From: Podospora anserina
Lineage: Eukaryota
Direction: 5' to 3'
DNA length: 64,000 bases
Assembly (NCBI GenBank): GCA_017654855.1
Contig: JAFMPO010000001.1
Location: 434,001-498,000, forward strand
Under the pieces are notes generated by a model. That model saw nothing but the letters and a program-made list of their open reading frames with translations. It searched no databases and was not told the origin of the DNA. Below are positions 13,152 to 25,361 of this stretch, one piece after another (the stretch's first letter is position 1; each line of letters opens with the position of its first letter). Made by a program: the position numbers and the translations under genes.

Positions 13152-14099
13152 AGTGTGGGAGGATATGATGGATTGGCTTTCTTGACTGTACTATAGCGTC
13201 GTTTCTGCACATATAATGACATTTCACGATTTGAATACTCCACGTCTATGTTCACTCAATTGTTTTGGCCTGATTTTTTACGTTCGAAAGTCGATTGCAA
13301 ACTGTTCGCAGAATTCCTTACAGGCTCGGCTTGGAGCTCCACCCACTTCGGACCCCTGCCGAGACCGATCAACCAAAAGCCAATAGAGTCTCGGTCGGGG
13401 GAATGTGGGGCCGGCCGCGATTCTGGGTCGGTGTCCGGCCCACGACCCAACAGCAAAACTCGGCAAGGACAAATGGCGGTTTTGAGAAGTTGGTGGGAAA
13501 CAGGCGGCCATGCACCTCACGAAGCGGCAGCTATGCACTTCTCACAAGCACCACGATTTTCTCATTGGTCAGGCTGTCGTCGACCCCAACTTTGGAGGGC
13601 ACAGGAGGGCACAGCTTTGACCCCGGGTTTACCCACATATGTTTCTTTGTCGATTCTCTCAAACTTACAAAAGTCTCTCTAGCCATGGTAAAGACCCGAC
13701 CACCTTCTAACCCCAACCTCAGGCCACCTGATGGGGTCTTATGCCGGCGTCACACAAGGTGTCTATGGCTGGGGATGGACATTAGATGCTCCCTTTCTTT
13801 TGGCTGGCACCCGTCCCCCCAAGTCCTGTTGTATCCTTTGTTTACAATTCTTGCAGATCATCACCGTCATCGTCTCATACCAAGAGCCTCATATGACCAT
13901 CATGGCCGGCCTCTCAGCCACGACCGCAGCCCGCAGCCCGCATCTGTTTTGTTCCTGCACGTTCCCTGGACCAGAGTGTACCCGCCGTTGGAACTGAGAA
14001 TAGCCAGCTATAGACTACCACTTTGCTTGAACCTGGCGGGCCAGGTGATGCTGACGCTGTATATTAGCTGATCTCATCCTACAGGTTTCAAATCTCTCC

Positions 14100-14137
14100 G
14101 TCTCTCTCTCTCTCTCTCTCTCCTTTTTTTTTTTTTA
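14100..14137. repeat. (TC)n microsatellite followed by a poly-T tract
   Basis: Directly visible upstream of the SUR7-like gene. Confidence 0.85.
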
Positions 14138-14325
14138 CTTCACTATCCGTTGTTGAAGACGTCAACAACTTCCTTTCCTTTCTACCTCTTCGCGTTTCTT
14201 CACAGCCCTAGAGGCTTTACTTTTCATTCCTTTGCACTTCCGTGCCAGTCGTTCCTTGACTTTGCCTTTCAAAAAATCAGGGGCAGGTTCCCGATTTACT
14301 TACGTTCCTTTTCAGTTCAGACAAA

Positions 14326-15732
14326 ATGAGAGGCTTCGGTGCAGGTGGTGATGGTGGGATGGTGGGCATGGTTCTCAAAGTTGCGCCTGTCGTGTGCTCC
14401 TTTTTCGCTTTTGTTTTTTTGGCCGTTGCCTTGTCGGCAGGAAGCTCACCGAATTATATTGAAGGGTTGAGTGTGATTAACGTATGTCAAACTGTACCCC
14501 TATCTCTTCCTTTTTCCCCCCCTGAATAAGGTTACTGACCAAACACCCCCAAGTTCAACATGTCTACCTTTGGCAAAAACCTCATCAAGGCCCCCAACGT
14601 CCAAGAAGCCGCCCAAGGCGGCTGCGACAAAGCCGACAACGCCGTCACGGACGCGGGCAACGCTCTCGGCAACGTAGCCGGTGGTCTCGCCGGTGCTTTC
14701 GGCGGCAAGAAGGCCGAAGAAGACGCCAAAAAGGCCCTCAACGGCGCCTCGGACAAAGTCGGCGACGGCGTCGGCGCAGCCTGCGAAAAGGGTGCTGAAA
14801 TCGCCGACAAGGCCGTCCGGCTCGGCCAGGACCTCGTCGACAAGGCCCTCGGCAGCGTCGCCAAAGCCATCGGCCTCAAGGAGTACTACTCCATCCACAT
14901 CGGCGCCATGTGCGAAGGCATGTACGCGCCCCTCTTCTCCGACCCGGCCGCGGAGCCGAACGTGGAAAAGTGCACCAAAAAGTTCGTCGTCGAGCAGACC
15001 GACCTCTCCAAATCCCTCGACGCCTCCCTCAACGTCGGCCCCTTCAAGTTCAAGCTCAGCGACGTCGGCCTGATCGACACCATCCAGGACGCCCTGGACC
15101 TCATCCCCCGCGCCCTCGCGGCGATGGGCTTCTTCTTCCTCACCTCCGTCGTCTTCCTCGCCCTGGCGTTCCTAGGCTCGACCGCCGCCCTCGCCTCCGC
15201 CTTCGTCCCCGCCCTCGCCGCCCGCGAGACAGCCCTCATCCTGCCGACCCTCGTCTGCCTCGGAATCGGCTGGTTCCTCGCCGGGATCGGCACCCTCGGT
15301 CTCACCGCCGCCGCCGAAAAGATCAAAAACGCCGTCAACGAAGACGGCGCCAAGTTCGGCCTCTCGGCCGCGACCTCTCCAGGCCTCTACTTCCTCATCT
15401 GGGCCGCCGCCGTCCTCTCCACCCTCGGGTTCGCCACGCTCGCCTACGCCTGGTACAAGTCCTGCCACGTCAGCGGCGACCGCTCAGAGACAGACTCCGA
15501 CCTCGACGAGCAAAAGCACGTTGCCAGAGGCCAGTACCCCATCATGCAGGGGAACTACCCGCCTTCTGAGCGGGGGAGCTACTACGGCGCCCAGGACGGA
15601 CAGGACCAGATGCAGCAGGTGGATTTTGGCGGGCAGCCCCAGGGGCAGATGCGCCAGCAGGATGACACGTATCTCGGTCAGCCGGTGAACGACGGGAGGC
15701 CGAGCAAAGAGTATTACCAGCAGCAGCAGTAG
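14326..15732 (+). CDS. SUR7/PalI-family membrane protein, 2 exons
   Basis: N-terminal TM segment, intron at about 14482-14552, extracellular loop GLKEYYSIHIGAMCEG...C, three further TM helices and a Q-rich cytosolic tail. Confidence 0.8.
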
Positions 15733-16458
15733 AGCCCCTCAGAGAGACGGCTGGAGCTGTCTGAGCTCGTCCTTTCGTTATCTATCAACCGTCATTCGCC
15801 ACTATGCATCGTCACCGGAGTTGGGGGAATTTAGGGGGTTTTAAGCATCTAATTTGCACTTTGGCTTGAAGCTGTACAACAACAGGCGTTCAGGGGAGCA
15901 CTTCAGAGATCATCTTCCGTCATCACAGTCGTTATCGTCTACGCACACCTGCCAGTCATTCACTCACCATATAATAAAAATGTAATACCAGTAGAAAATA
16001 CAGAATGTCGTTATTTGCGCGCATCAAGCTCGCTGATACCGGGTGGGTGTGCAACAGATATAATAAAAACGTACTTGTATTACAACCAACACCCGGTCAC
16101 CCGCCATGTCATTTTTGCCAGGAAACCCTAGGATCATAACTACTCATAACAACAAAACAGGGGAACGCATTCGTGGATTCAACGTCCCTCCTCATCCCAA
16201 TAGTCCCCAAAAGAAAACACAACCCGGGAATAACAACAATAGCATATCGAAAACTACTGAGAAAAAAGCAGTCTCGCACAATCCCATGATCCCATTAAAA
16301 GAAAAAGTGGCAGTCTTTGTACCGTCCAGCCATTCCATGCCCCGTCCCGCGCCATAAAAGTTTGCCACAGGTTTGATCGGATTTCTGTTTTTTTGTCACT
16401 CATCTGGCTCAACAAGGCAGAGCAAGCGCGAATGATTGTCGAAGGAAGCCTTGCTCAC

Positions 16459-17783
16459 TTAAGCAGCGATCAAAGGCTCCTCCTCACCGGCCTTGGTAGG
16501 GGGAGCAATAGGCTCCGACTTGATGTCCTCCTTGGGAGCGACGGGGAAGTCAGTCGGCTTGAGCTCGGATTTGTGGCCATTCTCCTGACCAACAGCACCC
16601 TTGATCAAGGACTGAGCCTTGGCGGTGTAGTCGCCCATGTACTGCTTGGTAACCTGGGTGGCTTGCTCGGTGTTCTTCTGGACCAAGGAGCGGATCTGCT
16701 CGGTCTGGTCATTGATAATCTCACCAGCGTGCTGGATCTGGCTGTCGATAAGCTCCTGGTTGGTGGTGTAAATGAGAGGGGCGAAGAAGATGACGGAGGT
16801 GGCGATGAGAGCAAGACCCCAGTACGGAACAACCTTGACCAAGTAGTACGAGATGAAGGCGCCGAGGGCAATCTAGCGGGACGAGTTAGCAAATAGCTCC
16901 GAGTCTACAGCTCCGAGAGCCGAAAATATAAGCTCAATCGCCAAGGGGAACTTACAGCAGCGGAAGCCCAGATGTTCTCAGCGAAAAGGATGCGTTGGGA
17001 CTCGATCACACCAAAGTTGATAAGTTCGTTGACGTCGCCAATAACGGCATCAAGTGTCTCTCGAGGAACAGTGTAGTACTTGCGAGGGCGGAGCTGGGTA
17101 GCAAAGCCATTGTTCAAAATGGCTTTTCCGGCGATCTCGGCGGCAATGGTAACACCGAGGGCCATCCATGTGAGCTTGAGACCCCATCGGAGCACATCCA
17201 GGTATCTAACCGAGAAGATGAACGAGACGATTGTGAGGTAGGCAATTCCAGAGGCGCCTAAGAGCCTTCATCAGTACAGCTTTATATCTCGTTGGTGAGT
17301 CCCACTTGAACGTACGAGGATTCTTCCATGACAACAGCTCCGAGAAGAAGGAGTGGTAATGAGTCAAGGGCTGGCCAGTAGCCGCGGTGTACGAAGGAGC
17401 GCGGCGAGAGTTGGCCAAGTTGGAAAGCTCATCCGTGGTTCTCGCGCCCTCGGCCTTGATGTTCTGAGCTACAGGGCCTGCAAGAAAAGTCGACGTCAGC
17501 ATTTGCATGTGAGGATTAGGTGATGTGCAGCTTATCGTACCGCTGGTAACATTGTTGTAGGTGGCAGCAAGGTCTGCAGCAGCTATCGTCAGTTTAGGTC
17601 ACAGGTGGAGAGGTATCGGCTGTCGTGGAGCTGTGAAATACCGGAGCTCGTGTTAGCTGGGTATCTTTGGGCGGGCTGATTAAGGCAACAGAAGAAAAGG
17701 AAGAGCTTCGTACGAACCTTACTGTTCTTGAGGGCATCCACGCTGGCATTCCCGTTCGCATGTCCGTTCGAAATGTCGGCCAT
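16459..17783 (-). CDS. Reticulon-like ER-shaping protein, 5 exons (323 aa)
   Basis: Exons 17783-17723, 17573-17541, 17477-17316, 17257-16956 and 16872-16459 sum to 972 nt in frame. Motifs GQPLTHYHSFFSELLSWKNPR and LIYTTNQELID, with two long hydrophobic hairpins. Confidence 0.88.
17574..17722 (-). other. Putative [D5,6] spliceosomal twin intron (stwintron)
   Basis: On the transcript strand: GTAAG|GTTCGT...GCTAAC...TTTCACAG|CTCC...ACTGAC...CTGCAG, i.e. two donors, two branch points and two acceptors. Confidence 0.75.
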
Positions 17784-19774
17784 TTTTGATGGATATGATG
17801 TCGTTGGGCGGGGATTATTGGTAGTTTGGCAGCTGTCGAGAGACAAATTCTGGGAGTCGGGAACTGTTGGAGGGGAGCTTTCGACTGGCAGGCGGCGGAG
17901 AAAACCCACAAGTGGTTGTGTGCGCTGAGGAAGTCGGTAGGAGGTGTAGAGTACAACAAAGCTGTTGGTGAGTGGTGTAATTTCTTTGTGGCAGAATGAT
18001 GTCTTTTGGATTGGGGATTCCGGGAGACGATTTGAGGATGGCCAGATGAATTTAGAGGAAGAGGGAAAGCCAAGGTGGAGGAATGACGCGAGTGGGAGGA
18101 GCTTGAGACACCAGGGCTTGCTTCCAAGTTGCTGCCTCTTCGCACACGGTGCACCGACTGATCCGTCCCGATGCTCTCTGATAGCAGACACACTAGAGCT
18201 TGGATATGATAGCATAGAGGGGCACTGCAGGCAGTTTTGGCACAGCTCTGCCCCACCAATTCTTCTTCCCCTTCAAACAGTCGGCGGCACGCAAGCACCA
18301 CCTCAAGATGATGAGATCATTGCCAGCAGCCTCCCTCCAAAAACAGGATAGCCCGCCAGCCTATCAACAACGAGCTTCCCGATCTCCCACATTCGTTCAA
18401 TTTTGCACTGTCGGTATCTTTCTTCAGCTACCTGCGGTCACACAACAGATAATGATATTCCCTCCTGTCTTTGTTCTTTCTTCCTGTATTCCATCTTCCT
18501 CACCACTGCGATAAGCCCCTTGACTAAGAACAATTTTGCATCCAACTCTGGCGTAGCACCCTGACGTGCCTTGGCTCTCTCTCTTATCCCTTGTCCCCTG
18601 TCCCTCTCTTCGGTACGTGTCTCTTGGCCTGCTTGTGCCCTTCGCGTTCTAGCCCATAATGGATTTCACATGCTATTTTTTCCCACTTTGACGCGCCGTT
18701 TCGCCCCGGCAGCATCCTTGACTGCCCCTCAAAAATCCACTCTCTTCTTCTTGCTTCTTCCAGAACGTCCACACACCCCCAGCTCCGATAACCGATGACG
18801 TGGGTGAGAGCACACAAGCACACGACACCACTGACAACACCACACCAACTCAAACGACCCAAAAAATAAAAGAGGGATTTCCAGTGCAGCCAAGCGTCTC
18901 AGCCGGTTGCCTCCATCAACATCAAAACCTGCAACGTAACCTCGCTTTTCTTAAACCTGCTCACGTCAACGGGATCTTCAGCAAGAGAGAAGGGACTTGA
19001 CGCAAGTGAATCAAGTTAGCTTTTCTTGTCTACTGCAGGGACGCTTGTGCATAACCCACTTTGGATGCACAGATCCACCTGTGAATAGCCTCACCACCTC
19101 CTGATATGGTCAAAGTCAACATTTGAGCATAAAGCAGTTTACACCGGAAGGCTTTCTTGAGAAACAAGTGGCCTGTGCATCTTCATCAGTAATTTTATGC
19201 TAGTGGTGCAGCATAGCCATCTACTTTCACGGGAAACAAAGCCCTCAGTTCCTCTTCTAATGCTTTCTGATTTAAGCAGTAGTGGGTACGCTATACACTA
19301 TACTCAGGCTCATATACCTGTCATTCCCATCTCTACTCCCTTGATACCCCACCCTGCATTCACCGACTCCCCTCTGTTTGTGCAAACTCAACATACCACA
19401 ACAGCAACCCACAACCCATAAACTACTGGTATCTCATATTGTTTCAATAAACACAACCTTCTCCGCCTCGCCTGTGGACAGCTATGGTTCTTAACCGCAT
19501 ATATGGCATATGCCCCTCCTGAAATCCACCGAAGCAGTAACACGAAACCATCAAATTATATGTGCCCAAAAGAGAAAACTTGCGCCCAAGCGCCTCCACA
19601 TGAGGCGTAATAGAAGGAAAACCAAAAACACAACATAACCGCCTCCCCATGCCTTCTAGGTCATGGAGACATGCTCATTAGAATAAAGCCCAGCAATAGA
19701 AAATCATCAGCCATGAAACACCACCACTCTCAAAACAGCAAGCCAGCCAGTGTATCACACTCATCTTGGCCAGC

Positions 19775-22700
19775 TCACCTCCTCCAGCCCCAGAAACCGC
19801 CACCGCCCGTAGCATTGGTGGCGGCAGGCGCCGTGGCGGCCTTCTGAGGGGACTCGCCAGGAGCAGGCACAGACGTCGGTCCGGTCGTCCCAGTAAGCCG
19901 ACCAAACATGCCCATAGCTGCTGCCGCTGGCCCCCCACCGTCTGCCGTGCTGTGGTTTCGCTGCAGCGCTGGTGGTGTCTCGCCCGGAGCCAGCCCAAAG
20001 GCCTTCCGGAGCTGCTCCAGCTTCTGCCTCGCCTCCTCGGCTTCCTGTTTGGCGACAGCTTCGGCCGTCTTCGCCGCCGCGAGCTCTAGCAGAAGGGCAT
20101 CACTCTCGCTGGTTGGGATAGGCGGGGGTGGGGGAGGAGCCATGACGTTCAGGGTGGAACCGGCCGAGTCCCGGTTGGACTTCTTCTGCATCGTCATCGA
20201 CGACGCTCGCTTGTTGTAGTTGGGCGGGTGGGATGGGGTGGACCTGCTGCGGCCCAGCTTGAGCTCGCGGAGACCACTTGTACCCGCTGCCGTACCAATC
20301 TGGGGGAACCACTCGGTACTGGTCGCGTTAGAGGCTGGCGTGTCGGACGCCCTGGTCCGCATGCTATGTATCTGCCGCTCGAGGCGCTGCTTCTCCTGGT
20401 GTAAAGTTCGGACATGTGTGTGGCTCTCCCTCAGTTGCTCCTTCAGAGAGGAGACCTCCTGCTCCGCTTCATGAATCTTGCGTTCGTGCTCTCGTGACCT
20501 GGACACCTCGTGGGATAACTGTTCTTTCGCCCGAGCCAGCTCGTCTCGAAGTTGTGATTTGGTCTGCGCCATGGACGACCGTCGGTTGACCACCGAGTCG
20601 CTGAAGCGAAGCTCGACGATATCGAGCAGGTCGGATAGCTCCTCCGAGGTGGGCTTGACTGTCTCGTCACCCTCTTCCGAGGTTGGCTCAGTCGAGGCAT
20701 CTCGAATGGTGTCCTCGCTATCGACACTGGACGACAATGCCGCCGAATCCTCGGCGCCCGCCTTTTTGCGCAGGCCGTCCAGCAACGATCGTACTGCCTT
20801 TCTGTCCTCATCGCGGTCTTCCTTTTCCTTTTGTAGCTGGCTGGCCAACAAGGCATGGTTCCGTTGCAGTTCGCTAAGGGCTGTGAGCAAGTCTTCAATC
20901 TGGCTGTGAAGTTGCTTGTCCTCCTTGCTGTTATTGGCGCCGCTCGAGAAGACGGCGGGCGATGTCTTTTGCGGCGCGCCCGTCACGGTTGAATCGTCAG
21001 CGGAGCTGTCCCGCGAGACGGACGTTGCTTCGGTAGATACGGAGCTGAGGACGCTAGCGGCAGATGAAGTAGTGGACGAGCCAACCTCCATCGAGTTGAG
21101 GGTGGATGCCAGGCTCTGCTTCGACGTGCTTCGCCGAAGCATGCTCAACGGACGCGACACGGCGCCCAGGCCGGGATTGAGCGTGTTGGTAGTGGTGTTA
21201 GCAGTACTGGTGTTGCTGGATGCGGAGGCGGCTGCCGCAAACGTGGCAAATCGCGGTGTTGAAGAGGAAGCCCACAGGCGACCCAGAAAACGGGAGGCTG
21301 CGGTGGTAACATCCGACACCTGTTGCGCTGTTGCATCTGTGGCACGGGGATTGGCGCTTGGGCTAAGGTTAGCTTCTCTGTACCCCTGCTCCAAGGCTGC
21401 CAACCGGGCCTTGGTGACAATTTCAGAGAGCGCAGCAAAATCCTGGACAAACTCGTCGGCGTTGTAGTTGTAGCAGTCCCAGAGCCCGCGCGATAGGAGC
21501 AGATGCATCACGTCCTCGAGCTCGGTGCAGGCCAGGATGCGCGCCTGGTTCTTGCGCATGAGCGACAAGGCGACTCGCATGATGGTCTCTGACGCCCCCT
21601 CGGCAAAGATCACATCGTAGATGCGAAACAGCATGGGCAGGGGGCACGTTACGGCGAAGAAGGAGAGGAACCACTGTGAAACATAGGCGGGTTCGACTTG
21701 CAACTCGTCCAGATGCGTCGACAGAGTGGGCAGATGCTGGCGCAGCAGCTCTCTGAATTGGTAGATGCGGACATGCAGCCCTGACAGATCGGGAACGAAA
21801 CAATGGCGCAGATCGTAGTTCTCCATCAACCTAGTTTTGAGTGCCTTAGTTAGTCCAAATACTCCGGACGAATCGGTACGATTCCTGTTCCCTTACCTGA
21901 CCAGAACACAGAATGCCTGCTTGTCACTCATGTGCATGAGCAAGGGGCCGACCAGAAAGGCGAGCCCTTGGCAGTACCCAATCTTGGTGTCATAGAGACT
22001 GAAGCACTTGAGCACCCGACCGAGCATTCGTTGGCCATCGCCTTCGGGATCCCTAAACATGTCCACACCTGGAAAGCTTCGTCCAAGATCCTTGCTGATG
22101 ACGCCCTCATAGGGGCTAGACTCGCCAGACAACCGTTCGAAAACCTCTTCCAGGGCACTGTCGCGGGCGCCGGCCATGCTCTGCCAGACAACACCCCGCA
22201 GCGGCGGTGGGATGCCCTTCCTGACCTTGTTGGACAACAGAGTCGGCAGGCGAGCAGCCGTTTGCTGAGGGTCTTTGACCAAGGCGAGGTAGAACTCAAG
22301 CTCAGTCATGGGCGTCGGCGGCAACGTCGAATACCGGAGGGCTGGAGGGGTCGGCCCGGTGACCATTTTCCGAAGCTGTGCCATCGAGGGAGGTCTCGGG
22401 TGGCTCTCTCGCAAGTGTTGCTGTCGCTCAATGATCTTGACCTTGATGCTCTTCGGATTGGTTGCGATTCTGTTGTTTTCTTGTTCCAGCCGAGCAAGCA
22501 GCGAGGCGGTGGACTGTAGAAAGAAAGTCTTGTGTTAGCCTCGAAAAAAACAGTGCAAAAAGAAATGTAGCTGTGATGAGACAGTAGGACGGCGTGGGAC
22601 GGTGAGACAGTCCAAAGACACGGGAGAATTTGATCCTCGTTGCTCGGTGCAAGTCGCTCGTTTCCTGGGACTCTTTGTGATTCGGCTTTGCACCTACCGC

Positions 22701-23219
22701 TTGTGCGTTCTGTTTGTTTCTAGCCTCCATATCTTCTGTCGCCTGAAGTTTGTCCCAATCAACCGCGTCGGAGCCAGAACTCGACCTCGAATCATTGGCA
22801 ACATCATCCGAGCGTCCCTCCTCAGCTTCGCCCAGCTCATCTTGCAAGCTGGGTCCCTTCTTCTTGCGAGTATCGGGTTCGAATATCTCCGATTCACTAT
22901 CGTCATCGTCATCGTCCTCCTCGTTCAGTGTTTCGGCCATGGTCTTGCTCGGGGCGTACTCGGCATCATAGCGAGGAGGGATTGTGCTCGGCGGGACGGC
23001 TGTATTCACCGTCAGGGAAGGGGGTTCGGAAAGGCGAACTGTCACGAGCGAGTCGTGGTCTCGTGCCTTTTCCTGCATCTCGAGAGGGATCGGCTCGGAG
23101 GTGGTTCGCTCGTGGCCCGTCTCGTTCGTCGTCGGCGTAGTCGCCATGGCTGGCTTCATAATCTTCCGCGTGCTCGGCAGCCGCTGCTGCTCATCTCTCT
23201 CGATTCGGTCGAGCTCCAT
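19775..23219 (-). CDS. GYP5: Rab GTPase-activating protein with TBC domain and C-terminal coiled coil (Gyp5-like), 3 exons
   Basis: TBC motifs GIPPPLRGVVW, ISKDLGRSFP, IGYCQGLAF and QWFLSFFA. Introns 22697-22514 and about 21896-21830. The start codon is uncertain (23219, 23159 or 23147). Confidence 0.88.
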
Positions 23220-25361
23220 CCCGAAGCCTCGACCCTCCTGATCTCCCACAAGCCGGTGCAATTGTTCCAAGTTCCAAAAGACAGGAAGGAAATATTTGGC
23301 CAATTATCTAGCCCAAAACCGAAAAGAGTCGCTCAATGGTGCTGTCCCTAGTCCGCTCCGAGGAAAAGCGGCTCTTCCCTGTGAATATGCCCCCAAAATT
23401 TCCAGTTGGTGAATGGCCAACAACAAAAAAAAAAAAAGGTACCAACTACCCCCAAGGCCTCGTTTGTTCGTTTCGTATGATTAGGAATTAGCGATTAGGT
23501 TCCTTTTCTCGGCTTTGCCGCCGTCTGGTCTCGGCTGTCCCTGGTTCCTCCCAAAGTTTTTTGTTTGTTCGGCCTTGCTTCTTGTTCCAGAAGAGTTCGG
23601 AGGCGGACGTCGGAGCTTGAATAGGGAAAGAATAGAGACTGAAGGGGGGCACGGTACGGCAGGGATGGCTTTGCAATGGGCGACAAGGCGGGAAGGCGAG
23701 ACCGCGTGAGAAGTGAGAGAGTCGGTCGAGATCTTCAAGACTCCGAATTGGCCTGCTTCTTGGCACGCGACACTGTTGATGGGGCTCTAGCTGTTCTTTG
23801 AAGTTTCATCGAGGGGGCCGACGATGCTGAAACAGTACTGTGCGATCACAAGGTGACCCGCTCCCCACGCCTGCAACACTTGGTAAACACAGCAGCAGCG
23901 GAGCCTAAAGCTTCAGAAGCTTTCGCCAGAGAGGACCGGCACTACAAAGGAGCGACGAGATATGGCGAGTGGAGAGCAGCGATAACGACACGATGTGAGC
24001 TCGAGAGGGAGAGGCAGGAGCAGAGCAGCCGCTCACGATCGAATCGAAATGGGATCAACTGCGAACCGTGGTGGCCCGGCTCAGCTTGGCGAAGAGGCAA
24101 GACCCCGAACCCCTGGATTTCATGGATCAGTGCAAGATGATTGGATGCTTTCTTCTTCCCTGGTCCAGGCGCGCTCTCTCACTGGTCCAATGGGGAAGCG
24201 CGACAGCGGGGCATTATGAATTGGCTGCCATTTCATAAAGGGTGATTCCTCGATTGAGACCTTATCATCACCACTCACCAGTCAGGGGTTTTGTTGTCGT
24301 GCCATAATTGTGCCTCCCTATTGATGTGGCCCAAATTTATTTGGGCAGCACAGTTCTGTTGGAGAAGGGAGCTCCTGCTCCCGAACACAAAAGAAAAAAT
24401 ATCATCCAATGGCTGCCGTTGAGAACCGGTGAGCTACCAAACTGCTACCAATCAGAGTAGGCGGCTGGGAAAGGGAAGCTTTCATCCCGCTCATGCATGC
24501 ATGCTGCAGGCGGACCAACTCGCATCTTTGGCTTCAAGACTCGCGATGTGCCAACTGCAGATTCCACCACTACTCTTCTTCCCCTCCGGCTGTCCCAAGG
24601 TACAGCCAAATATGAACAACGGGTCGCTGAAGGCCGCCGAGTAACAAGCCCAGTGCAGTCAAACGTCCCCGCAACCAAAAATTCGGGTTCCTCTTTGGTG
24701 GCCTTTGTTCATCGGACCTGGCCCTTGACCGCATTTGCCGCACAAGTCAAGAGTGTGGGAGGAGACGTAGTCTTGGGCTCAGACATTGGATGACATGTGT
24801 CATGTTCCCACGTTGCGTGACTGGATCTCGGAGACTATTCACAAGCAATGATGGTCCCAATGAGAGATCGCCGAGGCCTTTAAAAACAAATGTCCAATCT
24901 GGCCCCTCCACAGCAGTGGTCGGCAAGGTTGGCAAAAAATACCACCCATACTATTATATAGATCTATAACAGTCGAGTCATCGAACGCCCCTGCTTCTCA
25001 TTGTCTATAACGTCCTGTCTCATGAATACGCACAGCCTATGATTACAGAAATACACATAACCAACCCACTCCTTTGTCCACTTCGCATTCCACCGTGTTC
25101 AAACTCCGCCAAAAGATCAGTTTTACTCCCATAACACCATTTGCAACTGGCGCTTTACACTATTGATCCAAGACATGATCGCAACAGAAAATAGGGAACA
25201 CATGTGGAGAGGATCCGGACACGCAACCGTGGACACGCTGTCACGCTAATATATACCCCGGCCTGCTCTTTCTTTGACCCATGGTATAACTTTTCGCCTG
25301 GTACACGCCCCCCTCAACACCTATCACATCAAAATCGTACAGCTTTGGTTCCTAGCTCGCG

